This document shows positions 1-12,378 of a stretch of 64,000 nucleotides of DNA, piece after piece. The number at the start of each line of letters is the position of its first letter. Positions within the stretch are counted from its first letter, which is position 1. The notes below the pieces were generated by a model. The model was not told the origin of the DNA. It saw nothing but the letters and a program-made list of their open reading frames with translations, and searched no databases. Both the position numbers and the translations under genes were made by a program. This DNA is from Octopus vulgaris. Its lineage: Eukaryota. The stretch is taken from NCBI GenBank assembly GCA_951406725.2, contig OX597824.1:31310001-31374000 (forward strand). Reading direction: 5' to 3'.

Positions 1-26
1 CTGGATCATTTATTGCAAGTCTATGG
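1..26 (+). CDS. Gene A (MS4A/CD20-like 4-TM protein), 3' end of an upstream exon (..GSFIASLW)
   Basis: CT GGA TCA TTT ATT GCA AGT CTA TGG then donor gtaagt at 27; joins in frame to exon 3501 to make one hydrophobic helix (GSFIASLW-IIGVGILGIL). Exon runs off the window. Confidence 0.65.
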
Positions 27-565
27 GTAAGTATTGGTGTTCTTTGTGACAGTTGTATATTGATCAAAGATGTATTGATACAACTAAATTTTTCAGTTGT
101 TTTTATTGATGGAAAAAAAAACCTTTGAACTTTTGACTTAGTTTTCAAACTGTTTCTTTTTTATTTGTTATAAGGTACCAATACTACCATTTTTGGTGTT
201 GGGGCCATAGGCTGATAGTTAAGACTAATTGAAACTTTAACAGGATCTGGAATCGGTATCACTGAAGTGGTGTCCGATCCGATTCCGTCACATTCAATTT
301 AGTTAGATATAACAGACGAAGCCAGGTTATCTGGGAAAGACAGCAAATTGTTGTTTATTACTCGTGATGGTGTGCGTATTTTCTGAGGGGAAACGACAGT
401 CGAATCTTTGTACTGCTTCCTGTTGGTTGATTGAAGTTGATTCAATGTGGTCCGTTGCTAAGCCAGTGTAGAGTTCTCAGAGACTACCAAATGCACGTCT
501 GTTCACGAGGGCTGAAAGCGCCAGAGAGAGTGATCGAGTTGAGTGTGCCTTAGGGGTCAGTTTCC

Positions 566-630
566 CGCGCATACGCATGGGGAAGACTTCCGGTGGCCAC
601 CCGGAAGTAGTCCCATTCTGCGCATGCGCG
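566..630. promoter_or_regulatory. Dyad-symmetric CpG-rich promoter-like module (NRF1-like / ETS / ETS / NRF1)
   Basis: cgcgcatacgca (566-577), acttccgg (586-593), tggcca, ccggaagt (601-608), tgcgcatgcgcg (619-630), in an otherwise CpG-poor region. Confidence 0.45.
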
Positions 631-1279
631 CTGAACCTTACACAGTAGCATCACTACAAAACCTACCCAAAATGGTTTGGAGTACTCCCAAACTGAACAT
701 GCAATAAAATATCTTACAGTAGAAATCAAACTGTTTCAAATATGTTTTAACCCTATCCTAGGATAACAAATGAATTCACAGGTTTAAAATATCCATAAAG
801 TAATGCCTTTGTCTGATAATGATGACACCAAGTGTTTATTTAATTTATTTTGGGAATGCCTCATATTCCATGGAAATAATAATTGTATTTTATTGGTAGA
901 AAAGGATTCAAATTTCTACTTTGATTCATTTTTCATTGTTTATTTATTAAAATATTTAAGCCATTTTCTTCATTTTACCTCTGCTTTTGCATGCTGGTAT
1001 TGGCTGGATGGGTCATCATAGTCAGTGTTAGTTTTAATTGAGACCTAATTCCCTTACAGACTATTTGGGGACCACATATTGGTCCTGAGATTCAGTATAC
1101 ATAGCAGAAACACTGTCCCAGATAAGAGAAGATATAGTACACCAGTGTGCCAAAGGTTAGAACATATCTGTGCCTGATTTTATGCTTGTTGATCTAGGGC
1201 TTTTTCTTCTCTGAATATGGTCCAGAATGTGAATATATGTAGCAGAAACACAGTCCCAGATGAGAGTAATACTTCATTG

Positions 1280-2950
1280 TAATCCTCAGTTGAGCTTTGT
1301 AAAGTGTCGGCAGTTGTTGAGGCAGAAATATTTTGTAGCCCAGAAAAGAATGGTCAGTATTTGGCATACAATCCTCGCTATGTTAAGGAAAGGTCTTCAG
1401 TGATAGTTAGACCCAACAATTAGAGCAATTGTGAAGATTGTAGTTGAGGCTATAGTACAATACTCTTTGGAGGCACATGGCCTAGTGGTTAGAGCAGGGG
1501 AGTCATGGTCAAAGGATCGCGGGTTCGAATCTCAGACAGGACGATGTGTGTGTTTATGAGCAAAATACCTAAGCTGCATGTGGCTCCGGTAGAAGGTAAT
1601 GGCGAAACTTCTGCTGACTCTTTCACCACAACTTTCTCTCACTCTTTCCTCCTGCATCTTGCAGCTCACCTGCGATGGACTGGTATCCCGTCCAGGTGGG
1701 GAACCTCTGCACCAAGAAACCGGGAAACTAGCCCTTATGAGCCAAGCATGGCTCAAGAAGGAACAACAAATAATACTGTTTCGGCTTCTATGGAGGTGAC
1801 ATATGAGATCTCCATTCATAGAATATGTGCATATTCAACATGTTTTGTCTAGATTGTGTATGGATGATGCATGGTTGGAAAAGTTAAAGAAGAATGAAGA
1901 GTTATAATTTGAGTGAGTGTTACTGAATGTAACAGTAAATGACGATTGATGTATGGAACGAAGAGTTTAGGGAACAAAACTGAATCCTGGGGCATATCTG
2001 ATTGGTTGAGAGTTAGACAATAAATGCTTCATTATCACATTCCCATGACTGTATGATCATCTACTAAGCTACAGATTTATGAGAGGAGAGATGGATTGTG
2101 CTTGTAAGTGGGATGATACAACAGGAGATTCACATGCTGGCCAGCAGGGTAAAACCCTAGAGCTAAAACCTTCAGATTATTTTCACTGAACCTAAAATGA
2201 AATCTCTTGGATAGTTCTCTGATAGATTTGGTTCTACAGATGCCATACTGGTGGTCAATGAGGAGATAGAGGGAGAGAGGGATATTCAAGATGTTAGAGA
2301 GTGTCACTTTTAGTAGTCATCTCTGTAACCATAAAAATAATGAAGTAAGTGAAATGAGATGGAGATTGATGAGTCAGTGGAATTACCATTCTTAGAAATG
2401 ACACACACTATAGCATGTTTCAAGGGAGTTTGTGGAGTACAAGAGCAAGTTCTAAGATCCGGTGTAAAATGTAACTGAATGTAACAGATGGGACCTTGTC
2501 AGTATCAGTGGCCTTACTAGTTTGAAGCAATCAAGAGTATTTTTGTACATGGCATAGTTGTATGCAAGGTTGAGATGTTGGTAGAGTGGAAAGTGTTAGG
2601 GTTGAAGGAGATGGATCAAGTATGCATAATATGAAGTTGAGTGCAAAGTGAGCTGTGAATGGGGAAGGTTTTCTCCATGGAGGCTCTCTCAGACTGGTAA
2701 AATTAAAGCAGTTAATGTAAAACTTTAACTTCTGTAGAACAGATATTTCAGAATGAAAGAGTTCGAATGAGGAATGATGGAGCAAATTATTCAGTAGAAG
2801 ATATGTGACTCAGACACCATCAGGACACAAGAAGATAAATAACTACATTAGGTGGGCTGAAGTAGAGGTAGGCCATTGCTTGTAAGTTTGGAACAGTTCT
2901 TTATAGTATGTAGATGAAGAAGAAACAAACCATCTAAACAGATTGATATA
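1280..2950 (-). mobile_element. Highly degenerate CR1/L2-type LINE RT remnant, interrupted by a SINE
   Basis: Minus-strand remnants resembling KHAIV.., ..HQYGICRTKS, MPQDSVLFP (GVPQGSVLGP-like), LLGLTITEDLS and TLYKAQLR; many stops and frameshifts. Confidence 0.55.
1469..1771 (+). mobile_element. tRNA-derived SINE with candidate target-site duplication
   Basis: A box TGGCCTAGTGG (~1478-1488), B box GGTTCGAATCT (1522-1532), A-rich tail; flanked by aatactcttt (1459-1468) and aatactgttt (1772-1781). Confidence 0.8.
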
Positions 2951-3500
2951 GTGAATTTATGAAGAAGTATTTACTAACCAGTCAAACCGCTTATGATTTC
3001 CTTTTAATGTATTCTTGGACATTTTCATGTCACAGCAGCATCACATTCCCATATGTATAAACAGTTTGCTAATATAGGTTACCCTTCAGCTTTATTTATT
3101 AGTACAAGTAAAGGGTCTGGCTGTGTTCTTGCAACACATTGCTGTTGACAGATAAACTTGACCACAAAGAGATGTCAAAAAATAAATTTGGCTCCATCAC
3201 CTATATGGAATTTGAGAAATGAAAAACCACCTTGAAGATCCCTGAATTATCTCAGAAGGTGGTATGAGTTATTGGAAAGTAGCAGTGAGCCATAATGGTA
3301 TCAAGAAAACACCAACGTTCTTTTAACAGTCAATCTGGATGGAGTATGATGGATGAAGGCAAAATATATATTTATGTTATTTATTATTTTTGATGCTATT
3401 TTCAATTCGTTAATACTTTAGTTTAAAATTTCGCATTTATTTTAATATTTCCAATTTTTCTCTGCAGATTATTTTATTGCATAATATTTGTTTTGTTTAG

Positions 3501-3572
3501 ATTATTGGAGTTGGAATACTTGGAATTCTTACTGGTTTGAAGTCAAATCCTGAACACAGAACCAATACACTG
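3501..3572 (+). CDS. Gene A exon (IIGVGILGILTGLKSNPEHRTNTL)
   Basis: Acceptor ttttgtttag, donor gtaaaa; 72 nt, phase 0-0, open and in frame with both neighbouring exons. Confidence 0.75.
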
Positions 3573-4149
3573 GTAAAAATTCTCTAATCATTTACCCTTT
3601 CTCTCAGTTATTCAATGCATTTTTAATGCTTAAAAAGACTAAGGAGTAAAAGTTATTGTAATAACTGTATAACTACACACATACTAACTATATCTAGTTA
3701 AAGCTAGTAACACAGTAGAAAATCTTATATCCATTCAGTTTTTCATTAACAAACTTTGTACTTGACAGAAAGAACAGTACCTAATATTTCAGTTTTATAC
3801 CTAAAATAATTAGAGCAACAGGATATACACCATCCTGTCTGGAGCAAAGTTCTTGGTTCTTGTGGAGAGAACACAGCTCCTTAATTTATAAACTACAAAT
3901 GATTGTGATAACTGAGACAATAAAAATCTGTGAACCCTCTTAAGTTTTAAAGGATAAATGCACAAAATGTTTTCTTTCACAACTTTGCTACTAAGTAGAT
4001 GATTAGTTAAAGTTACCCCTAAACTAAAATAACAGAATGCATACATACATCCACACATAAATGCATACATAGATACAAACATTCACACACACACACACAC
4101 ACACATACTTATATATATCAAAAATATGTGTTGTAATACTATTCCACAT

Positions 4150-4590
4150 ATACAAAAACAGCCATACCAACAATCAAACATACCTTCATATGTACACACA
4201 CACAAATTCACTACTTGGAATGACCAAGTTCAAAAACTGCTGGATCTCACTCATAAGGGAATCATACATAGTGTATAAACTCTATATTTGGAAGGACCCA
4301 TTTAAAACTCTGTTGGACTTTTGGACTTTACTCATAGGGTATTTGAATATGACATATATACAATTCTGCCTTAAAAAAATGGATTTAAAACTTCAATATC
4401 CCTACATATCTTGCATCAATTTTCATTCTTCCACCTCACTCTCTATTTTTTATCACATCTAAACTAATTATGACTTAACCATCCTCTCACACCGTCTCTG
4501 ATGAAGGGATATAATTAACAAATATCCTGGAAACAGGTGTAAGACCTTCTATCTATAAATGTTCTAATATCTACACAGACTTGGCTTTTT
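4150..4590 (+). mobile_element. Penelope-like element 3' remnant (degenerate GIY-YIG region plus pLTR)
   Basis: ORF 4190-4462 resembles a degenerate PLE endonuclease (LGMTKFKN..YIWK..FCL); followed by a hammerhead motif. Confidence 0.45.
4494..4545 (+). ncRNA. Type I hammerhead ribozyme motif (Penelope-type)
   Basis: gtct-CTGATGA-agggatat..atatcctg-GAAA-caggtg-TA-agac; stem I gtct/agac, stem II ggatat/atatcc, GUA triplet. Confidence 0.7.
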
Positions 4591-4613
4591 ATTTCATTAC
4601 GCAAAAAAATTCT

Positions 4614-4661
<48 letters not shown>

Positions 4662-4676
4662 TATTTACACACATAT

Positions 4677-4719
<43 letters not shown>

Positions 4720-5011
4720 GAAATATGTCACAAAAAGAAAATATAAAATACACGTGGAAATGTAAGAGTAAAATATGAAAAATCAATGAAAATGCTCACT
4801 GCAAATAAAAAAAGGCTTTTTATAACAGGTAACGACAAATATATACATTTAGATGGACTGAGGTAGTAATAAAAGTCATAAAAGTCATTGTTAGGAGATG
4901 ATTATAAGATGATAATAAAGTCAGAAAACAAAGCGAACCATGGTTTCCGCAAAAAGCTATTCATCACTTTGAAAACACTGGCTAATACACGGTGTCAGGT
5001 CTAATAGTTCC

Positions 5012-5107
<96 letters not shown>

Positions 5108-5109
5108 TA

Positions 5110-5504
5110 CTAGCAGTATTGCCCGGCGTTGCTCGGGTTTGTAAGGGAAATAACTATATAAGCATTTTTAGAGATGTAAAGTATAATAGCCATCTCAATA
5201 TGGCTAACCACTAAGGGGGGGTGTTACTGTAGCTTTTTACGTTCTGAGATTTAATAATAAATTCTTAGAGAGTTACTTCCCTTATATATGCCAAAAATGC
5301 ATTAAAATGGGAAAAATTGATGGTAAATTTTTTTTTAAATCGTAGACTCATTGTAGATGCGCGCTAATACCCAGAAGGGCTCGATATGAATCACGACTAT
5401 AAGATATCCGGTTTTGGTTAAACTGCACCGCAAAATGTGGGAGTAGTTAGGAATCTAAATCGTAGGAGACAGTCAGCACACAATCTTACTTTTATATATA
5501 AAGA
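5110..5504 (-). mobile_element. Non-autonomous Helitron-like element
   Basis: On the minus strand it starts A|TCTTTATATATAAAAG and ends with hairpin CCCGAGCAACGCCGGG, then ..CTAG|T; inserted at an AT dinucleotide in (TA)n. Confidence 0.75.
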
Positions 5505-5556
5505 TATGTATGTATGTATGTATATATATATATGTATTTATATATATTATATTTAC

Positions 5557-5623
<67 letters not shown>

Positions 5624-5771
5624 CATCATCATCATTTAGCATCCGCTTTCCATGCTAGCATGCGTTGATTTACACACATATAAATATATATGTATGTATA
5701 TACATTTATATATATATATATGTATATATATATGTATGTATGTATATATATATTATATTTACATATATATA

Positions 5772-5827
<56 letters not shown>

Positions 5828-5862
5828 TTTACATATATTTATATATATATATATATATCTTC

Positions 5863-7798
5863 ATCATCATCATCATCGTTTTGCATCCGCTTTCCATGCT
5901 AGCATGGGTTGGACGGTTCAACTGGGGTCTGGGAACCCAGAAGGCTGCAGTAGGCCCAGTCTGATCTGGCAATGTTTCTACAGCTGGATACCCTTCCTAA
6001 CGCCAACCACTCCGTGAGTGTAGTGGGTGCTTTTTACGTGCCACCATCATGGGGGCCAGGCATGGCTGGCAACGGCCACGAACGGATGGTGCTTTTTACG
6101 TGCCACCGGCACGAGGCCAGTCAGGGCGGCGCTGGCAACGGCCACGTTCGGATGCTTCTCTTACGTGCCACCGGCACTGGTATCACAGATGCAATTTCCA
6201 TTGATGTTAATCGATTGCGATTCTCACTTGCCTCAACAGGTCTTCACAAGTAGTGTTTTGTGTCCCAAGAAGGAAAGGTATGCATAAGTGGACTGGCACA
6301 TCCCATGAAGAGGCCACGGGTTATGGTTTCACTTGTCGTGCTGGGTCTTCTTACACACAGCACACTTCCAAAGGTCTCGGTCTCTAGTCATTTCCTCAGT
6401 GAGACCTAAAGTTCGAAGGTCATGCTTCACCACCTCGTCCCAGGTTTTCCTAGGTCTGCCACTACCACAGGTTCCCTCAACCGCTAGGATGTGGCACTTT
6501 TTCACACAACTATCTTCATCCATTTTCACAACATGACCATACCAGCACAAACATCTCTCTTGCATACCACAACTGATGCTTCTTAGGTCCAGCTTTTCTC
6601 TCAAGGTACTTACACTCTGTCGAGTATGAACACTGACATTACACATCCATCGGAGCATACTGGCTTCATTTCTTGCGAGCTTACGCATATCCTCAGCAGT
6701 CACAGCCCATGTTTCACTACCATGTAGCATGGCTGTACGTACACATGCATCATACAGTCTGCCTTTTACTCTGAACGAGAGGCCTTTTGTCACCAGCAGG
6801 GGTAAGAGCTCTCTGAACTTTGCCCAAGCTATTCTTACTCTAGCAGTTACACTTTCAGCACCACCGCCCCCGCTACTGACTTGGTCACCTAGGTAACGGA
6901 AGCTATCAACTATTTCTAGTTTTTCTCCCCGGAATGTGGCAGAAGTTGGTCTCAGAGCATTTGCAGTGTTTATTGCTCCTGAGCATCTGCCACATACAAA
7001 AACTATCTTCCTAGTTAGCCTTCCTTTGACATTGCTGCACCTCTTATGTGTCTATAGCTTACACTGGGTACATCTTATAGAGTTTCTACCTACGCCTTTT
7101 CTACAGATCGAGCAGGGCCATCTACTGAAGGCATTTGTGGTTTGCCTGCCTTCCTACTTATTAGGACTTTGGTTTTTAGCTACATTGACTCTAAGGCCCT
7201 TCGATTCTAATCCTTGTTTCCATACCTGAAACTTCTCCTCTAGTTCTGATAGTTACTCAGCAATTAGAGCAAGGTCGTCAGTGGAGAGGAGCTCTCAGTG
7301 TCATCCTGTCTTGAATTCCTCTGTTATTGCCTGGAGGACTATGATAAATTGGAGGGGGCTAAGGACTGAACCTTGGTCGACCCCTACCTCTACCCGGAAT
7401 TCTTCACTGTACTCGTTGCCAACACTCACCTTACTAGCGGCATCCCTGTACATGGCTCACACAGCTCTCACAAACCATTCATCTATCCCTAGTTTCCTCA
7501 TTGACCACCAGATAAGGGATCAGGGGACCCTGTCGAAGGCTTTCTCCATGTCAACAAAAGCCAGGTACAGGGGCTTATCTTTGGCTAGGTATTTCTCCTG
7601 CAGCTGCCTTACCAGGAATATAGCATTAGTGGTACTTTTCCCTGGCACGAACCCAAACTGCATCTCATCTAAACTAACTCTCTCTCTAATTAGTTGGGCT
7701 ATGACCCTCTCCGTAACCTTCATTACCTGATCCAACAGCTTGATACCTCTGTAATTATTTGTATCTATGGCGTCACCTTTACCTTTGTAGCAGTTGAC

Positions 7799-7799
<1 letters not shown>
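5863..7799 (-). mobile_element. 5'-truncated RTE-clade LINE (RT, PHD-like finger, 3' UTR ending in (ATG)n)
   Basis: ORFs 7520-7912 (NYRGIKLL..QFGF..FVDMEKAFDRVP) and 6329-6793 (LHGSETW..WYGHV..GRPRKTW); C4HC3 motif ~6985-7120; (cat)n tail on plus. Confidence 0.85.
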
Positions 7800-7870
<71 letters not shown>

Positions 7871-8499
7871 TTGAGATTCAGCTGAATTAGGTAACTTCTG
7901 TTGAAGCACCAAGTCAATCTAATATTATCAGCACAGCTCAAAGTAAGGTGAATTAAATCAAAATAATCAACAGGATATCAAGTAGCGTTGCAGTACAACC
8001 CTTTAATTGAACAATGCAATCATTACCTCAATTTAAATGGAGTGCCATCATCAGCTGCACAAATACATAAATAGAATTTTAACGAGTTAGACACAATATA
8101 ATTTTTCTCAAGAAGCCCATCATATATATATATATATGTATATATGCATGTACATACATACATACATATATATATACATATATATATATATATGATGGGC
8201 TTCTTTCCGTTTTTATATACCAAGTCCACAAGAAGATGGAAGAAATTCATGTTGTTGCTATTGGAGCTAAGAATAGACTACATTTTCAAGAATCGCATGA
8301 AACCCATTGGGGTCACAGCTTGTAAAGGATTGATTCATTTCTAATTCATATATCTCTTTATCAACTACTAAATCTAAGACTAGAGGCTGTACTGTTTACA
8401 ATAAATGACAAGAGTGAGATGACAGCTCCCATCATCTTGCTCTGTTAAAGTGTTTGAGAAAAATTATATTACTGTGTTGCGGAAGTTGTTCTTTGCACA

Positions 8500-9360
8500 T
8501 TTTTAGTGTTTATTGCTTCTGAGCATCTGAAACATACAAAAGTTATCTTCCCAGTTCTTTAATATTGCTGCACCTCTTATGAGTCCATAGCTTACACTGG
8601 GTACATCTTCTGGAGTTTCTACCTATGCCTTTTCTACAGATTGAGCAGGGCCATCTACTTGAAGGGATTTGTGGTTTGCCTGCCTTCCTACTTATTAGGA
8701 CTTCGGTTTTAGCTAGGTTTACTCTAAGGCCCTTCGATTCTAATCCTTGTATCCACACCTGAAACTTCTCCTCGAGTTCTGATAGTGACTCAGCAATTAG
8801 AGCAAGGTCGTCAGTATAGAGGAGCTCCCAGGGGCATCCTATCATGAATTCCTCTGTCACCGCCAGGAGGACTATGATAGGAGGGGGCTGGGGACTGAGC
8901 CTTGGTGGACCCCTACCTCTACCCAGAATTCTTCACTGTACTCGTTGCCAACCCTCACCTTACTGACAGCATCCCTGTACATGGCTTGCACAGCTCTCAC
9001 TAACCATTCATCTATCCCTAGTTTCCTCATTGACCACAAGATAAGGGATCAGGGGACCCTGTTGAAGGCTTTCTCCATGTCAATGAAAGCCAGGTACAGA
9101 GATATATCTTTGGCTAGGTATTTCTCCTGCAGCTGTCTTACCAGAAATATAGCATCAGTGGTGCTTTTCCCTAGCACGAACTCAAACTGCATATCATCTA
9201 AACTGACTCTCTCCCTAATTAGTTGGGCTATGACCCTCTCTGTGACCTTCATTACCTGATCCAACAGCTTGATACCTATGTAATTATTTGTATCTAAAGC
9301 ATTACTTTACCTTTGTAGCAATTGACGACCTTGCTCTAATTGCTACACCCATCATTGGGT
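8500..9360 (-). mobile_element. Second RTE LINE fragment of the same family
   Basis: ORFs 9049-9264 and 8543-8860 (LLYTDDL..WPCSICRKG..CTQCKLWTHKRC); clearly homologous to 6960-7790. Confidence 0.85.
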
Positions 9361-9374
9361 ATGGCTCCTTTGTA

Positions 9375-9449
<75 letters not shown>

Positions 9450-9511
9450 CTATATATATATATATATATATATGCATACTATATATATATATATATATAT
9501 ATATACATACG

Positions 9512-9549
<38 letters not shown>

Positions 9550-9816
9550 TATACATATATATATGCATATATATATACATATATATATATATATACATAT
9601 ATGTATATATACATACATATGTATATATATATAATTAATTTAATTTTATGTATTGGCGTATGTTTTTCACTGTTTGATTTGCCTAATTGTGGTTTTATCT
9701 CTAATTTAATATAATATAATATATTTATACTATAAAATTGGATTTAAGCCTAAATCTAATTTTTCGATGTAAGTTTGGATTTATTCCCTAATATTATTAT
9801 TATATATACATATATA

Positions 9817-9981
9817 GACGCAGGAGTGGATGTGTGGTAAGTAGCTTGCTAACCAACCACATGGTTCCGGGTTCAGTCCCACTGCGTGGCATCTTGGGCA
9901 AGTGTCTTCTGCTATAGCCCCGGGCCGACCAATGCCTTGTGAGTGGATTTGGTAGACGGAAACTGAAAGAAGCCTGTCGTA

Positions 9982-10019
<38 letters not shown>

Positions 10020-10250
10020 TGTGTGTGTATATGTTTGTGTGTCTGTGTTTGTCCCTCTAGCATTGCTTGACAACCGATGCTGGTGTGTTTACGTCCCCGT
10101 CACTTAGCGGTTCGGCAAAAGAGACCGATAGGATAAGTACTGGGCTTACAAAGAATAACTCCCGGGGTCAATTTGCTCGACTAAAGGCGGTGCTGCAGCA
10201 TGGCCGCAGTCAAATGATTGAAACAAGTAAAAGAGTAAAGAGTAAAGAGT
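9817..10250 (+). mobile_element. tRNA-derived SINE, left copy of an inverted pair
   Basis: Head gacgcaggagtggatgtgtggtaag..ggttccgggttcagtccc, central cttgggcaagtgtctt, tail gaaacaagtaaaagagtaaagag. Confidence 0.8.
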
Positions 10251-10257
10251 ATATATG

Positions 10258-10321
<64 letters not shown>

Positions 10322-10335
10322 ATATATATATATAT

Positions 10336-10760
10336 ACTCTTTACTCTTTACTCTTTTACTCTTTTACTTGTTTCAGTCATTTGACTGCGGCCATGCTGGA
10401 GAACCGCCTTTAGTCGAGCAAATCGACCCCAGGACTTATTCTTTGTAAGCCCAGTACTTATTCTATCGGTCTCTTTTGCCGAACCGCTAAGTAACGGGGA
10501 CGTAAACACACCAGCATCGGTTGTCAAGCAATGCTGGGGGGACAAACACAGACACACAAACACACACACACATACATATATATATATACATATATACGAC
10601 AGGCTTCTTTCAGTTTCCGTCTACCAAATCCACTCACAAGGCATTGGTCGGCCCGAGGCTATAGCAGAAGACACTTGCCCAAGATGCCACGCAGTGAGAC
10701 TGAAACCGGAACCATGTGGTTGGTTAGCAAGCTACTTACCACACAGCCACTCCTGCGTCT
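10336..10760 (-). mobile_element. Same SINE family, right (inverted) copy
   Basis: Reverse complement of 9817-10250 with scattered substitutions. Confidence 0.8.
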
Positions 10761-10866
10761 ATATATGTATATATAATAATAATATTAGGGAATAAATCCA
10801 AACTTACAGGGAAAAATTAGATTTAGGCTTATATATATATATATATACATATATATATACATATAC

Positions 10867-10913
<47 letters not shown>

Positions 10914-11072
10914 CATATATATATACATATATATATATACACATATATACATATATATATATACATATACATATATATATATACATATATACATATATAT
11001 ATATGCATGAATACATATATATATATATATATACATACATATATATATACATATATACATATATATACATAT

Positions 11073-11115
<43 letters not shown>

Positions 11116-11116
11116 C

Positions 11117-11147
<31 letters not shown>

Positions 11148-11466
11148 TATATATAGTCTATAATTACAGCAAAGTTATTTAACTTTTTCGTTAGCAATAC
11201 CAATACTAGATATATTATCTTCCTCATAAACATAAATGCATATTTATTTTTCACATAGCTCAGTGTCTTTGTTTCTGTCATACAATCACGCATATTTACA
11301 CGGGTGTTCATGGAAACATAGAATATATACTTATATGTATAAGTGTATAAGCTTACAGCTTTGGCCATATAAAAACATGCATATGCACACACACACACAC
11401 ACGCACGTGCACGCACACACACATTCAAATATATATGCCAAATAATTCTTTGATATTTCTTTACAG

Positions 11467-11556
11467 AAAACTGTCTACATGGTCCTTGCCATTTTGTCAG
11501 CATGTCTCTTTGCAATTGCTGGAATGACTTGTTTTAGTATTCATTCACTATGGATT
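11467..11556 (+). CDS. Gene A exon ([30 protein letters not shown]; TM3)
   Basis: Acceptor tttctttacag, donor gtaagt; 90 nt, phase 0-0; homologous to gene B exon 59116-59205. Confidence 0.85.
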
Positions 11557-11962
11557 GTAAGTAGTATTTTAATTGAATTTTTCTGTAAAAGCGTTTTAGT
11601 ACAAAGTACTTAAATGATTTGTCTATGGAATGGGAAAATTAAATCAAAATATACAAGTTAAGACTGTTGTTAATGTTATATTGTTAAGTTACTGCTATAA
11701 ATATAGTAATTTAGATAAAAAAAAAGTTCTGGATTGTTGAAAAATAGTGGTACATTTTTAATGAGGGACAAGACAATTATCCCAAAACTGATTGCTAAGA
11801 AGATTCCCAATTATTTTTATGTTTACTGAAGAGAACAATAGTATATTTTCACATCATGTTAATCTTCACAGCTAAGGCTTACTTTACACATGCTTCACAG
11901 CTAAGGCTTACTTTCCACATGGTTCAGCTATTCTGAATCATGGTGTGTTCAAAATATATATA

Positions 11963-12378
11963 TCATCATCATCGTTTAGCTTCCGCTTTCCATGCTAGCA
12001 TGGGTTGGACGGTTCAACTGGGGTCTGGGAAGCCAGAAGGCAGCACTAGGCCCATTCTGATCTGGCAATGTTTGTACGGCTGGATGCCCTTCCTAACGCC
12101 AACCACTCCGTGAGTGTAGTGGGTGCTTTTTACGTGCCACCGGCACAGGTGCCAGACGAGGCTGGCAATGGCCATGATTGGATGGTGCTTTTTATGTGCC
12201 ACTGGCATGGATGCCAGTCGGGGCAGCACTGGCAATGGCCATGTTCGGATGGTTCTCTTACGTGCCACTGGCACTGGTATCACAGCTACAATTTCCATTG
12301 ACGTTGATCAATTTTGATTTTGATTTTGATCTGATTTGATTTGATTTCCACTTGCCTCAACAGGTCTTCACAAGTAGA
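11963..12378 (-). mobile_element. RTE 3'-UTR-derived short repeat ((CAT)n-tailed); related copies at ~13883-13933, 41400-41860, 45803-46100, 59300-59535
   Basis: Near-identical to 5863-6250 (ccgctttccatgctagcatgggttggacgg..ctggatgcccttcctaacgccaaccactcc). Confidence 0.75.

Noticed and set aside
1469-1540. tRNA gene
   Set aside because: A and B boxes are present but there is no cloverleaf, and it continues into a SINE body and tail; the same applies to the other SINE heads.
4931-4970. Minus-strand hammerhead-like motif (gTGATGA..GAAA-ccatgg-TT)
   Set aside because: Core C is replaced and stems I and II are poorly paired; at most a dead relic.
7988-8058. Minus-strand gcag-CTGATGA..ta-ctgc motif
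   Set aside because: No GAAA core or stem III; cannot be called a ribozyme.
4581-11515. Many YIYI/ICIY/HTHT ORFs (also at ~21.2, 45.6, 46.0, 50.9 and 57.1 kb)
   Set aside because: Translations of (TA)n and (CA)n microsatellites that lack stops; not genes.
11864-11921. 29-bp tandem duplication (cttcacagctaaggcttacttt..cacatg); similar ~45-bp direct repeat at ~1081-1128 / 1219-1266
   Set aside because: Two-copy local duplications with no spacer array; not CRISPR-like and no functional signal.
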